A stretch of 64,000 nt of DNA from Octopus vulgaris (GCA_951406725.2 OX597822.1:101866001-101930000); one strand, 5' to 3'. Shown: positions 24,644-37,814, counted from the first letter of the stretch. Translations and numbers: made by a program. Notes: generated by a model from the letters alone, not told the origin.

Positions 24644-26421
24644 GTCTAGAGATTTGTCAGTAAAGAAACATATTTACAGTTGTATAAAAGGTTTGCTTGC
24701 ATTCGCTGTAACTCGCTAGCTTAATTAAACGCATGTACTGCAGTCTGTTGACATCATTCATAACCCAGATCGGTGTGTTTTCACACACATTGTTTATATG
24801 GAGAATGTCTCTTCCGAGACAGTTACCTCAGCGAAGAATTTTGCAGGTTTAAAATGTCCGTCAACATGTCGAATATACCTCGTACACGTTTTACTTTAAA
24901 CCATCGAAGGTCTTTCCACGTTCGAATATACTCAAACATGTTAGATATAAATGTACACAGCTTAATTTTAATCATTGCTGCTTAGTACACCTTTAATTAA
25001 TAATATGCCTGCATCTTGCTTTGACACAATATGTTTCCATATTAACGACTCGATTTATGCAAAATAGCAGCTAAGTAAAGATGACTTGTTAAACTTACAA
25101 ACACTATATAATTTATAATTTATAACTAAAGATTTTAAAACTCGGAAAACTTTAGAAAAATTATATTCCTAAAAGATAATTCTAAACTCAAACGACCCAG
25201 CAAGCTATACTTAATTCTGCAACTTTACAGTATCTTAATAGCACATTAATATGACAGACTATCAACGGCTTAATTGAATGCAGTCAATAGTTGTTAAGAT
25301 GATCAGAATTGAAATTTGTCACAACTATCCGCAATTATGGTTTATATTAAACCGTGTCCGGTCTGAAATTGGTTTATAATTTATCAATTACAGCAGGGAA
25401 TTTTTCGAGCAATTATTACTAGAGTTTCCCAGCACTAGCAGTCCATAATTATAGTCATTTGTTTCGACAAATTCAGTTGGTACTTGCGTAAAATAACATT
25501 TATCGATCGCGCCTCTTTCAATCAACAACAATGACAAGTTATATTGTTGTCTTTAAAAATTTACATGTTATTTATTTACTAAATGAGCAATTATTTATGT
25601 TATTTTTCAAGTAACCATTTGGGCGTTTCATTTCCTTCCCCTTTTTAAGTGCATTGTTTTATAGAAACTCCTGCTATGTAAAATTGCTATGGCTGATTAA
25701 AATCACTGATTATTATGTAGTAATGAGTTACAGCTTAAGTCAGCTTGTTTCTATTTGCAACTCTTACAGGAAGTGTGTATGGAATTTCCAGGTCTGCTAG
25801 AAATAATAGCAAAAGCTACTCTAAATTATTCAATGTTACATTTAAAAAAGAAAGACCATATTAGATTATGTGGACTTAGAATTATGATTTATGAATGAAA
25901 AATTATGCACATTTACGATTGGAACGCCGTTGATCGTAAGGCTAGGCGATCAGATCTGATTTACAATAAATTACAGCAACGCAGTAACAATATTTAATAA
26001 TAATGATGATGATGGTAATTTTACATAGTGGTTTAACGAGCATTATGGATTAAGTCAATCCTCTGTCTAGTTTTTATTTTATCTGTCTCAGAACAAAGGG
26101 GAGTGACGTTGACTGATGAAATTGCAGTCAGGTATTAGGTTTAAAAATAAAATGTAAAATATTTGCCTCTTTACTGTCTTTGCAATACATACACTAATGA
26201 TCACAGATCCTGTGGAGAAAGCGTATGGATTTAATCTACTCCAATACTTGACTTGATTGAAGTAGCGAAAGTGACGTTTGACCTTAGAAATCCAAAGGTA
26301 TATTAATAAAATAAAAATTATAACCACTTCCCTATTGCCTTTAAAAATGTAGTCAGCAACATAAGCAAACGAATTTTTAATAAAGCTAACATAGTTGACA
26401 AGGCAACTAGTTACTCTAGAG

Positions 26422-26555
26422 CAGTGGTTTTCAACCAGGGTTACGCGGAACCTTAGGGTTGTGCATAAGACTATTAAATTATTGCACAGGGGTTCCTCGA
26501 GCCAGTAGAATGTTTCCTTGGGGTTCCGCTCCAGCAAAAAGGTTGAAAAGCACTG
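26422..26555. mobile_element. hAT MITE, internal-deletion derivative of the same family
   Basis: Same TIRs; TSD ctctagag. Confidence 0.92.
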
Positions 26556-27996
26556 CTCTAGAGTATCAGAGAACAGCGGTTTCTAGGGAAACTTAACTGA
26601 ATACCCAAGGAAAAACAACCGACGACTGAAGTAAATATGCATATAACTAGTTACTACAATAAAGCGTCAGAGAACTGCGGTATCAAAGAAAATATATAAC
26701 TATGTGCCCAAGAAAGAACACTAGACATATAATGAAAAATAATTACCAACGAAAACGTGATTGTGATCGAAATGTGATCTGTTTCAAGCCATCGCCTTCC
26801 AGTCTCACTATGAATTCTCATATGGCAAAATTCTTCCTGAATGTTATTTATTATTATTTCTGTTTGGAATAAATTTCGTAAGATCTTCAACGAGAACTGA
26901 ATCGAGTTTTAGCTGCCTCTCTAACATCTATGTTATTCTCATATGCTTATGTGTGATGTATGGTGGAAGAAGAAGAGAAAAGAGAAAGATACGTGTTTAG
27001 GACGGAGAGAAGCGGTAGAAGAAAGTGAATGCTATACTGTGGTATGGTTAGGTGGTTAGTTGAATTGAAAAACAAAGATAAGTATTTACCAAAGGGAACG
27101 TTCCAGCGATGAGAGAGGAGAAATGAAAAGCTATTTAGAAATATAATTACATGCATAAACATACACTCACTTGGTTAACATATTTGTTAGTGAAAGTGGT
27201 GGTGATAGCTGTAGCAAGGTGTAGGCGGCGAAGAGTATAACTTTTCCATTACACTATAGTTTTTAATAGTTAATCACTAAACGGATGCGCTTTAAATGCA
27301 ACAAATTGTCTTCTGCTGAAGTAAGGCTTCCGTATAATATTGCATTGCTTCTGTCTCTGTATGAACCTTCCAGTCAGTTATGGAACTAAATCGAAGACAT
27401 AAAATTTATTATATTTGTAAGACAATGATAAACTATTAAAATAAATCGAAGATATAATCTATTAGAGATATAAATCCTTAAATCCTTTAAAATGTTTTAG
27501 CCCGAAGGCCGCGGCCATGCTGGGGCACCACCGCTGATATGTTTATATCGACAATATAATGTTTAAGACAATGGACTGAAGACAAATATTTTGAATTAAC
27601 TTTGGTGTCTGGCGCAAATCACTGAATGTTGTTGACTGTATTCTAGATAAAACCACGGCTTTGATTAGGTGTGTCCTCTCTTCAGTATTTCCCATTGATA
27701 ACAGCTAAGGAGCTAGAAACATAGATGTCTGGGAATCCGACAGATGGCAGTAGTAGACATATATGATATTTATACACCTTTTTACCATAAGAGACAATTT
27801 TTCTCCGCAGTAACTGAAGTGAATTTGAATTAAAACAACAAAGATTACTGAAAATTCGCAATATCCGATTATATTTTACTTATAATATCTTTAAAATACA
27901 CACAAATAGCTATACTAGTGACATTTTAAAATATTTTAAGGTTTTATTTACTTCTTTTAACCTAAGGAACTGAGAAGAAATAGTTTCCTATATCTA

Positions 27997-28032
<36 letters not shown>

Positions 28033-28052
28033 AATATATATTATATGTATAT

Positions 28053-28103
<51 letters not shown>

Positions 28104-28108
<5 letters not shown>

Positions 28109-28480
28109 TAGAAAAACTTAGATGTGTTTCGACCAATGATTGGTCCAGGCCATGTCTAACTTAATAGCACCACCTGATAGGATTATTTGAATCCTGTTTA
28201 AGTCAAGTTTTGCTTATGGTCCATTCAAGTAGTGAGTTTTTGTTGGGTGAGTTGTATCCAATTATGGGTAGCTTATCTGGTATTCCTTGAAGGAATCTAT
28301 CCAGACTCCGTTTAAAGTTGATGGGATCCTGTTCCTCTTTGATCTCTTTCGGAACAATGTTAAATAGGGCAGGGCCTGTTGAGGAAAAGAAATTATGTTG
28401 TAGTGTATATGTATGCTGTGATCTTGAATTGGGCAGGGGACGTATGGCCCGTGGTCCCAAATTAAAATAATGAGGGTAGA
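28104..28480 (-). mobile_element. 3' fragment of CR1-clade LINE family 2
   Basis: LGPRAIRPLPNSRSQHTYTLQHNFFSSTGPALFNIVPKEIK..NKNSLLEW; homologous to 62395-62760. Confidence 0.9.
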
Positions 28481-28583
28481 AATTGATATCAATCAACATC
28501 AATTTAAACCAGTGGCGATTTGACGTCTACCTCTTGCGTATAGGAATCCACTTTAGTGGTCATTCCTCTTATTAATTGTAGTA

Positions 28584-28664
<81 letters not shown>

Positions 28665-28670
28665 TATTAT

Positions 28671-28748
<78 letters not shown>

Positions 28749-28773
28749 TACATATATATACATACACGTATGT

Positions 28774-29106
28774 GAGGGCGCGTGGCTTAGTGGTTAGGGC
28801 ATTCGGCTCATGATCGTAAGGTTGTGAGTTCGATTCCCGGCGACGCGTTGTGTCCTTGAGCAAGACACTTTATTTCACGTTGCTCCAGTCCACTCAGCTG
28901 GCAAAAATGAGTTGTACTTGTATTTCAAAGGGTCAGCCTTGTCACTCTCTGTGTCACGCTGATTATCCCCGAGAACTACGTTAAGGGTACACGTGTCTGT
29001 GGAATGCTCAGCCATTTGCACGTTAATTTCACGAGCAAGCTGTTCCGTTGATCGTATCAGCTGGGACCCTCGTCGTCGTAACCGGCGGAGTCTTTTTTTT
29101 TTTTTT
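28774..29106 (+). mobile_element. Young tRNA-derived SINE (family B)
   Basis: A-box tggcttagtgg, B-box gagttcgattcc, gtgtccttgagcaagacac, and T-rich end. Confidence 0.92.
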
Positions 29107-29547
29107 AATATACACGTAGAGAGAGAGAGTGGGAGAGAGAGAGGGGAGAGTATACTGCTGAAGATTGTAATATATAACAAATTTAAATTAGATTAATTTT
29201 TTTATATATTTATTTATTTAATTTGTGTATTAAACCTGAGACTAGTGAACTAGTATTAACCACTGTAATTTTAAAATGGATTTTGCTCATCTCGCCCGTT
29301 ATTTCAGTTATTTCGTATTGAGGCAAATTTTTGATATTTTATCTAAACATCGATTATTCAACACACATGGAAGCTTAGTGTTTTAACTGTTCTCCCCCCC
29401 CTCTCTCTCTCTCTTTCTGTCTATGCCTCCATATGTATACAGAATGTGCCGCCTTCGGCTCCGGCAATTTAGTAGCGTATTGAATTGTGAACGAAAAAGT
29501 ATGGCTTTTTCCTTCTCTCTAATTATTTTAGTATAAATTTTTTTTTC

Positions 29548-29685
29548 TAGTTTCAGTTCAGAGCTGCGGCCATGCTGATGCACCGCCGTTTTGTGCTACA
29601 CTGTTACTGCGACGAACTTCGTTTAATATGTGGCACTTGGTGAAGAATGGAGTTTGATACAGCTACTCTCATTTGCACCTCTTAT
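29548..29685 (-). mobile_element. Short retroposon ending in the CR1-like tail
   Basis: Minus strand ends ggcggtgcatcagcatggccgcagctctgaactgaaactag. Confidence 0.6.
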
Positions 29686-29689
29686 ATGT

Positions 29690-29865
29690 ATAAATTAAAT
29701 TAGAGATAAAATCACTATTAGGCAACTCAAACAGTGAAAAACATAAACCAAAACATAAAAATATAAATAATTAATATAATATACATTTAAATTTAAAATT
29801 TTTAATTTATATTTATAAATTTTTGTACTTTTTCATTTTTTAAATTAAAAAAATTTTTTTTTTTA

Positions 29866-29870
<5 letters not shown>
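29690..29870. repeat. AT-rich interspersed repeat, related to PLE terminal region
   Basis: Close match to 58530-58740. Confidence 0.75.
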
Positions 29871-29951
<81 letters not shown>

Positions 29952-30665
29952 ATATATATGTATACATATGTGTATGTATGTATGTATGTATGTATATAAT
30001 TTTGGATTGCGACCATACTGAAACAAACTTTCAACGGTTTAGTCGAACATATAATTCTTAGTACATATTTTTTACTTTGCTGCTTATTTTGCTACATGTA
30101 TTCATCGAACAATAAGACTTCCTATGGAATATGCTCTAATGCGTCTGAAAATCTGTTTCGAAAATAATGCAACATATTTGGAAATGACTCTTTACACATT
30201 TTAAAACAAACTCTGGCTAATGAATATTGCAAAAAGTTTTATTGCATCTAACCAACCACACTTCAGTGAATATAATTTTATTTTCTTAAAAATTAATAGC
30301 CATTCAAACTTTTTTCAGGAATAATGAAGAGAAATTAAATGTTTCGTTATTGTCTGTGGAGCAAAAATAATTAATTAATATGAAATTTTAAATTATATAA
30401 ATTGAATCTAAAACGTCAAAAACCCAGAAGTTGCGATCGATTATACTCCATTAGTTAAAAATATATCATGGAAAAGAGTAGGCGCCTAATACATTAGAAA
30501 TACCATTTATTCATATATATGTGTGTGCATGTGTGTGTATGTGTGTGTGTGTGTGTGTGTGTCTGTGTATTTGTGTGTGTATATGTATGTATATATTGTG
30601 ATGTGCGCGTACATTGCTAATATATGCATCCATTTACACACACATACATATTATATTATATATAC

Positions 30666-30696
<31 letters not shown>

Positions 30697-30719
30697 TGAA
30701 TGAATTCACACATATATAT

Positions 30720-30960
30720 AGGCGCATGTGTCACTGAGTGTTGAGAAGCTCACTTCGCAACCACATGGTTCCAGGCTCAGTCACACTGCGTGACACCTTT
30801 AACAGGTATCTTCCACTATAGCCCCAAATTGATCAAGGCCTTGTGAGTAAATTTGGTAGACAGAAAATCCCCGTTTGTATGAGCTTATGTGTACACAAAC
30901 ATTTGATTACTATAAACGAAGCATCTGTGTCGTTCGTCAAAAAAGTGCTGAAGCATCATA
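30720..30960 (+). mobile_element. Diverged SINE family A 5' half
   Basis: caaccacatggttcc..cactgcgtgacacc..ccttgtgagtaaatttggtagac. Confidence 0.65.
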
Positions 30961-31214
30961 TGTCATCTAACAACAGGAGAGTCCATTATTATTATACAAG
31001 AAGAAAAAGTAAAAGACCCATACCTATAAAGAACTCAGGGCTAAACGAATTTGGTTAACAATCAGATACCAATAAATGCAAGTGGAATAGATATCCAAGG
31101 TAATTCTTCATGTATGGTAAGTAAATCTTAGAAGAATTTCAAGAAATACGGAGGTTAAGGCAACATGAATATGAATGGAGAAAATCCCATGTTAAATTGG
31201 TCACATTCATATAA

Positions 31215-31392
31215 ATGCGCCCTTTTAAAGCCTAGCCAGGCTTATGGGCCCGGTTTCCAGCTGAGTAGACTGGAGCAACGTGAAATGAAGTGTTTTGCTC
31301 AAGAATACAACGCGTCGCCCGGTCCAGGAATCGAAACCACTATCTTACGATCATGATCCTGATACCCTAACCACTAAGCCACGCGCCTCCAT
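31215..31392 (-). mobile_element. tRNA-derived SINE with head similar to family B
   Basis: ggagcaacgtgaaatgaagtgttttgctcaag..accctaaccactaagccacgcgcctcc. Confidence 0.8.
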
Positions 31393-32139
31393 ATTCATAA
31401 TCCTTTACATTACCAATATTGAGAAATTTTAAATATTTAATGATTCAAATTGTGATTCGAAACGGAATTTGTTGCGTCCCGATATTTCAGGCAGATATAT
31501 CTTTCGTATTTTATGTTGCTTTACATGACAAATGAATAGTTACCTTTACTTAGTACTTTCTTTAAGTAGTAATATTTTCACGAAAGAAACTCTTTGTTTT
31601 TGCGACTTAAATTTACTTGATATCTGTAAATCTTTGCTCTGACAATCCAATCTGCATTCAGTTATGTCATCAAATATCTAGACCAGGAAGTATAGTAATC
31701 ACATTTATACGAAAACAAAACGAAATCTATGAAACTACTTAGCTGCATAACGGAAGCTAATATGTTTTCAGTCTCCATGTTGGTTGAATAGAAAATGTCA
31801 AGAATTTATTAACAGAATGGTGTCTGGAAGCAAACTCAAACTAAAACTTTTACCAAATATTTGTAATTGTCCTATTACTTTTGAGTTGTATAACGGATTT
31901 GAAGCAGGAAACTTGCAAAAGACAAATGAAAACAAATTATATGTAGTTAGTATCAGGTATGAGTCTGAAATAATCTAACTTTTAGTTCTTTTATTCTATT
32001 GACGACTTATGTGCATAATACACTGTCGATTGGAAATAACGCAAAACCTATATATATTTGTTGAGATTTTTTACTATTATGTGTATACTAGGAAACTTTG
32101 CGAGTATATTTTTATAGCCGTGAGTAATATCAGCAAATA

Positions 32140-32505
32140 TGGCACGGCTGTGTGGTAAGACGTTTACTTCTCAATCACATGGTCCTTGGTTGAGTCCCAC
32201 TGAGTGGAACCTTGAGCAAGTGTCGTCTACTATAGTTTTTAGCCCATCATAGCTTTCATGAGTGCTTATGAAATATGGCAGATGGAAATTTTTTAAAACC
32301 CGTCATGTGTATATGTGTGCGTGTGTGTGTGCGTGTGTGTGTGCGTGTGTGTGTCTTTGTGTGTTTTTTACCTCACCATCGCTTGATAACTGGTGTTCGC
32401 ATCCCGAGAAAGAGACCGATAGAATATGTACCAAGCTTTAAAATATTGTTACTGGGGTCAATTCTTTCGACTAAAATTCTTCAAGGCAATTCTCCATCGT
32501 TAACT
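32140..32505 (+). mobile_element. Diverged full-length SINE family A
   Basis: ggctgtgtggtaag..agtcccactg..ccttgagcaagtgtc..gagaccgatagaata..cgactaaaa. Confidence 0.75.
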
Positions 32506-32574
32506 CTAATACGAAAAGATGAGATGAATAGTAATTTTCAAAAATATATATACATTTGTTACCTTTAAATATAA

Positions 32575-32961
32575 CTAGCAGTATCGCCTGGCGTTGCTCG
32601 GGTTTGTTTCGATTCTTTAGAATTGGAATTTTTGAAAAGTAAACATTTTGCATTATGTAGCTTGTTATTCTCTTTAAGTGAACATGTTTCTACTTGAAAT
32701 ACACCGAAAAATAGCGATACAGCAGTGAAAAAATCGTAAAAAATAGGGATTTTCATAGGAAAAAAGCACCTTTTTTATGTAAATAATTTTTGGTCTTAAC
32801 CTGGTTCGATTTGAATTTTATCTGCTACGGAATGAAGAGCAAGCTTTCTATCATACTCTCAATTTTGGTCAACTTGCGCCGCAGGGTCTCGGAGGAGATA
32901 GTGTTAGTTGAAGGCTACCAAACCTGCCACACACAGACAACTTCAGCTTTATATATATAGA
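32575..32961 (-). mobile_element. Non-autonomous Helitron
   Basis: Minus strand: A|TCtatatatataaagctgaagttgtc...cccgagcaacgccaggcgatactgCTAG|T. Confidence 0.85.
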
Positions 32962-34017
32962 TTACGTAATGCATTTTTCGTTCATTTCATACAAGTCCAT
33001 AATTACTCTGTCATTTACTCTCTCGTCTCCTCCTGCCACCAGGCCTACTAAGTGTTCTCATTCTTCATTTCTTTCGTGAATTCTCTCTGTATCTCTCTTT
33101 TATCCCACCTCTCTCTATCACACACACGCACACACACACACTTTCTCTCTATACGATGTTAAACCTGTTTGGAGAAATCAACCAACATTTATAGCAACTA
33201 TTATTATATATTGATTATTATACATATGCATATTTATATTGATATAGGTGATTAAAATCTGTTTTTTTTATATTATTCAATCTATCAAACCATTGATTTT
33301 GTTTTATTGAGAATTCTTTAGAACTTCATATCACGATATCAGATCTTAATTTCTTATAACTGATTAATATTTTCTATTCAATATGAATCAGTATTTTTTT
33401 ATTCTGGAATATAAGGATTTATATCGTTTGTTTTTTCCTTCATATTTCTTTCTTAAGAACGTTACTAAAGTGATACAATCAATAGAGATATTTACATTAG
33501 TTGTCAATGTCTGTCTGCGTTTGAATTGGAATCCAAGCGATTGCTGATTTGCCTTTCATTACTCTGCAGAAGAATAAGTAACAGTGAATTTAATCGACTT
33601 CTACATTTTTTCTACAAAGATTAGCATTATGTTTAATCAAAGGAAATAGGTTTTATGTTGCTTACTTTGGCCAGTGTAAGAAGGTTTCGATTATTGCATG
33701 CTGAATATAACATCTTTAACGTACGCTGGTCACGAAGTTGTACATGGTCTCCAAGATCAGCGGTTCTACCGTTCCACGCTGAAGAAATGTCAAGCTTTCA
33801 TACTTTTGCAAGAATACGTTTGCAATATATTGCAATGTTAGTTCTTCATACAAGTTACACTCTTTCACCATATATTTGATTAACGAAAGAGGAATTTATT
33901 TTAAAATAATAATGTGTGAAGAAAGTAGTGACTTAGTTAACAGGAAGTGACAAGACGAAATGATATGTATATGCTTGTGTTTATTATTCATATCTGCCCA
34001 TATAAATGTGATATATA

Positions 34018-34240
34018 TTTCTTTACCACGCACAAGGGGTTAAACACAGAGGGGACAAACAAGGACAGACAAACGGATTAAGTCGATTACTTCGTTGCTG
34101 GTACTTAATTTAATCGACCCCGAAAGGATGAAAGGCAAAGTCGACCTCGGCGGAATTTGAACTCAGAACGTAACGGCAGACGAAATACGGCTACGCATTT
34201 CGCCAGGCGTGCTAACGTTTCTGCCAGCTCGCCGCCTTAA
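34018..34240 (-). mobile_element. Meta-type SINE (family M)
   Basis: Match to 1801-2029 with a small internal deletion; flanking duplication cccatataaatgtgatatat. Confidence 0.9.
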
Positions 34241-34429
34241 ATGTACCCATATAAATGTGATATATGCATATACTTTTTTGTAATATATTATTGTGTATAT
34301 ATATATGAATATAGAAATAAATATGTGATTCGTAAATGAGCAAGTGAACACAGCTGAAAATGGGTTAGTTTTTTAAACAGTTTCTGATTAGTAAAATCGG
34401 AAACATTGAAGTGTTTATATGTCCAGTAG

Positions 34430-35255
34430 ATTTTATGAGTTAAAATACTCCTTTCAGGGCTTATGCTAAAATGGTCTTATGGAGAGATTAGGATTGTCAA
34501 ATTTTCGTTAGTAGAAAGATTTGGATTGTGTATTCCTGATTTGCTTTCATAAGATCGCGGGATTAGCAAATAATGGGCTTTGATTCAATTTATTGAGATT
34601 CATTAAATAAGTATTTGAATTGTATCTACCTTTGAAGAGGTTGAAAGCAATACATGCTTAGGCTTTAAAAGACTTATTGGTGTTGGCTATACGTTTGCAG
34701 ATAATGTCCTTAACCAAGCAATTGTTATTGAGCGAGTGAATGCTGGTGTTGGCGCAGGTGTAGGATTTGGTAGGAGTATGGTTATTATTTTTATCGACCT
34801 TTTGAAAGTTAGGTGTGGATAACAGCTGATTATATTCAGAGTTGATTAAACACACAATTTAAATTGTATCTTTGTTGTACATTTCATAGAACTTGTGTTC
34901 TGAGAGATATTTTCTAAGTAAAGCGAGGAAATTTTCGGCGATTGTCAAAACTACACTGATGCTGTAGGAAGGTGTGAATCCCGTAATATTTTCTTTTCTG
35001 TTACAGTTTCTTTCTTGATGCTACTGAAATGGGACTGGGTTTATGTAACAGACATTTCCTTTATAAATGCTTGTAGATAATGCATCAACTAAGTAAGGAG
35101 CTGTACAAGACAATATTTGTTCGTTGACAGAAAAGTATGATAATCAATGGGAGATGTTGGATACTATGTGGTTGATGTTAGTTTCAGAGTGAGTGGAATG
35201 AATATGTATGTAATTTAGGGATTTATATGGCTTGTGGTATGAGTAGAAAAAGTGT
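34430..35255 (-). mobile_element. Old Naiad-type PLE fragment (RT thumb, linker, GIY-YIG)
   Basis: YHKPYKSLNYIHIHSTH..ISH*LS..APYLVDALS..ITGFTPSYSISV..FLALL..HKFYEMYNKDTI..NNCLVKDII..FKGRYN. Confidence 0.7.
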
Positions 35256-35861
35256 TAGTTGGTGGAAAGTATTTGTGCGTGAATATGCGTGAAGAAAATT
35301 ATGAGAGCTAGAGAGAGCGAGAGTGAGAGAGAGGGAGAGAGAGGGAGAAAGAGACCTTTAATTGCCTCCACTCTCTACCGGAAAAAAACTATTCATTTGA
35401 GTTTTACACTTAATTGAATGAAGCTCATCTTAAAAGATTAAGTATGCTATGATATTTAGGTATTTGCTGTTAAAGGTTCTTTCAGATAAATTTTTGGCTC
35501 CCCGAATCAACGGTAGAGTTTCAAATGTGGTAGTGGTGACGGCGGCGATGGTGAGGTGGTGGTGGTGGTGGTGGTGGTGGCAATGGTAGCGGCGGCGGTG
35601 GTGGAGTTGTCTTTGTTGGCTTTCATGTCAACTCTGATTGGCAAGAGGTTTAGTCAAAACGTCATTCACTATCTAAACATTAAGTTATATTTCTAATGCC
35701 ACCAAGATTAGCGACAGACGATACGAAATAAAACGAACATTATCAAATTATTTTCTACTTTGATGAAACTATAAGAAATTTAATGCTGAAACAGCAATAT
35801 TAAACTTCACACATTTTCAAACATTCCTTTGCTTAACATCATATATATATCCGTGTGTGAG

Positions 35862-35919
<58 letters not shown>

Positions 35920-36344
35920 TGTGTGTGTGTGTGCAGAATTTAGGATAGTTGAAATATGTTTGTGATTCATTTCAACTGCCAAAAATGCAAATACACTGCA
36001 CTTACTGTGGAGAATATATCTATATTCAGTGTCGCCATCTAATACGAATCCCAGACATCGATGTTCCAAGCTTCTTGGCTCTTGTCAATGAGATGTACCT
36101 AAGGGATGGAACTCTGAACGAACTTATAAAGCCACAACTTCATGTATAATAAATGTTGACTGATTTGCGCTAGCAGATCGACCGATCAAGGAAAATAACA
36201 AGGATATTAGCGCTAAACAGTGTTTAGGCATAAGCAGAATTTCCGTTTATTGAAATATGTTTATGACATATTTCACCTGCTAAAAGGCAAATACCATGCA
36301 GTTACCGTGGAGAATATATCTCTCTTATATGCGCGTGTTTGAGC

Positions 36345-36392
<48 letters not shown>

Positions 36393-36444
36393 AAAATAAG
36401 ACAAGGTAGAAAATGCTAAAATAATTTTATGGTGAAGAACATTT

Positions 36445-36481
36445 TAGTACCGGTTTCAGTATTGGCGACTTTTTCAACTTA
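36445..36481 (-). ncRNA. Minimal hammerhead motif with U3-A8 variant core
   Basis: ag-TTGAAAA-agt cgccaat act-GAAA-ccgg-TA-ct; palindromic stem III ACCGGT. Confidence 0.55.
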
Positions 36482-36639
36482 GAGTAAAGCATGAAAGACA
36501 ATTAAATTGTGAAAAAATTCAATAAAATGTTTTTTTTTAGATATTTCCAAAGTTTTCAAATACAAGGGACATTTTTCTTTTTTCTGTCTGTCTGTTTCTC
36601 TTTTTTATTCTTGTGAAGGCTCGGTAGCAGGTAGTGGCA

Positions 36640-37060
36640 GTGCTAAAAGAATACTTGATATGAGTTCATGGTTTTGATTGTTTAAGCAGTAGTAGTAGCC
36701 GAGGAAGGAGGCGAAGAAGAAGAAGAAGGGGGAGTAAGAAAAGAAGAGAAAAGAATAATAAAAAGACAGGAGTGGTATGACAGTAGTAGTACGTGGGCGG
36801 AATCCTTTTAAATGGCTAAGTGACCCAAAAGTAACCTGTTGTGGTTGTGCTAAAAGAATACTTGATATGAGTTCATGGTTTTGATTGTTTAAGCAGTAGT
36901 AGTAGCCGAGGAAGGAGGCGAAGAAGAAGAAGAAGAAGAAGGGGGAGTAAGAAAAGAAGAGAAAAGAATAATAAAAAGACAGGAGTGGTATGACAGTAGT
37001 AGTACGTGGGCGGAATCCTTTTAAATGGCTAAGTGATCTAAAAGTAATCTGTTGTGGTTG
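36640..37060. repeat. ~207-bp near-identical tandem duplication
   Basis: gtgctaaaagaatacttgatatgag...gttgtggttg x2; the copies differ mainly in (GAA)n length. Confidence 0.92.
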
Positions 37061-37079
37061 TAATAGTAGTGACTGAAAT

Positions 37080-37297
37080 TGTTCTGAATAAATTCATGGG
37101 TTGTAACTGTACCGAATACAACGTTTTTTATAAGTGCTTGAAATTCTTTAAGTCTCTATACTTTCATGCTAAATAATGAAACAGTAATCTAGATACCTCT
37201 TCTAGTTATATTCTATGTAGTGGGAGAATGGGTTGCCGTATTTTTCTAGTACCTTGCGATAAAGACTGATTTCCAGATATCCCATCACTAGGTTATA
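37080..37297 (-). mobile_element. PLE reverse transcriptase fragment (catalytic motif region)
   Basis: YNLVMGYLEISLYRKVLEKYGNPFSHYIEYN*KRYLDYCFII corresponds to PLE ..WKRYLDDCFI. Confidence 0.75.
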
Positions 37298-37814
37298 TAT
37301 GTATATGGAATGAAATCGAAATAAAAGAAATAAATCACAATGCCAATGGTATGCTTTTGAACGGCAAAGACAAATACGGTTATACAAAATATCATACAAA
37401 TTCTTGTTTCATTAAAATTTTCTTCGCTTCTGGAGATGGTTTAACAATAGTTTGGTGGCAATTAGAAACGACTGAAAACTTCAACGGAAAGTAACCTCAA
37501 GTTTTAGGAATTATCCAGAAATGATATTCCATGAATGAAAAGAGAAGTATGGTTTCCCGAAGAACCTCTGGGCACTTGTTTCTAACTGAACCATGTGTCT
37601 ACTCCATAGCAGTTCCATTTTCTATTACGCAAACATGACGCTTAGCCAATTGCATAAAAGCGCATAACACATTCATTGCCTACGTTATCCAAATAAATGA
37701 AACGAAACTGAGCTAAGAGAAATACTAAGAGAACGGTCAGCAGTATCTATTTGAGCAAGAAAGACAAAAATGATATATTATATGATATACACGAGGGTAG
37801 ACTATTTACTTGAT

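Noticed and set aside
28774-28850. tRNA-like sequences at SINE heads
   Set aside because: A and B boxes are present but there is no complete cloverleaf, and they continue into SINE bodies, so they are not tRNA genes.
33670-33730. Hammerhead-like arrangement on the minus strand (ccagcgta..ttaaagat..cgaaac..tacactgg)
   Set aside because: The core has lost G5 and stem III does not pair; too degenerate to call.
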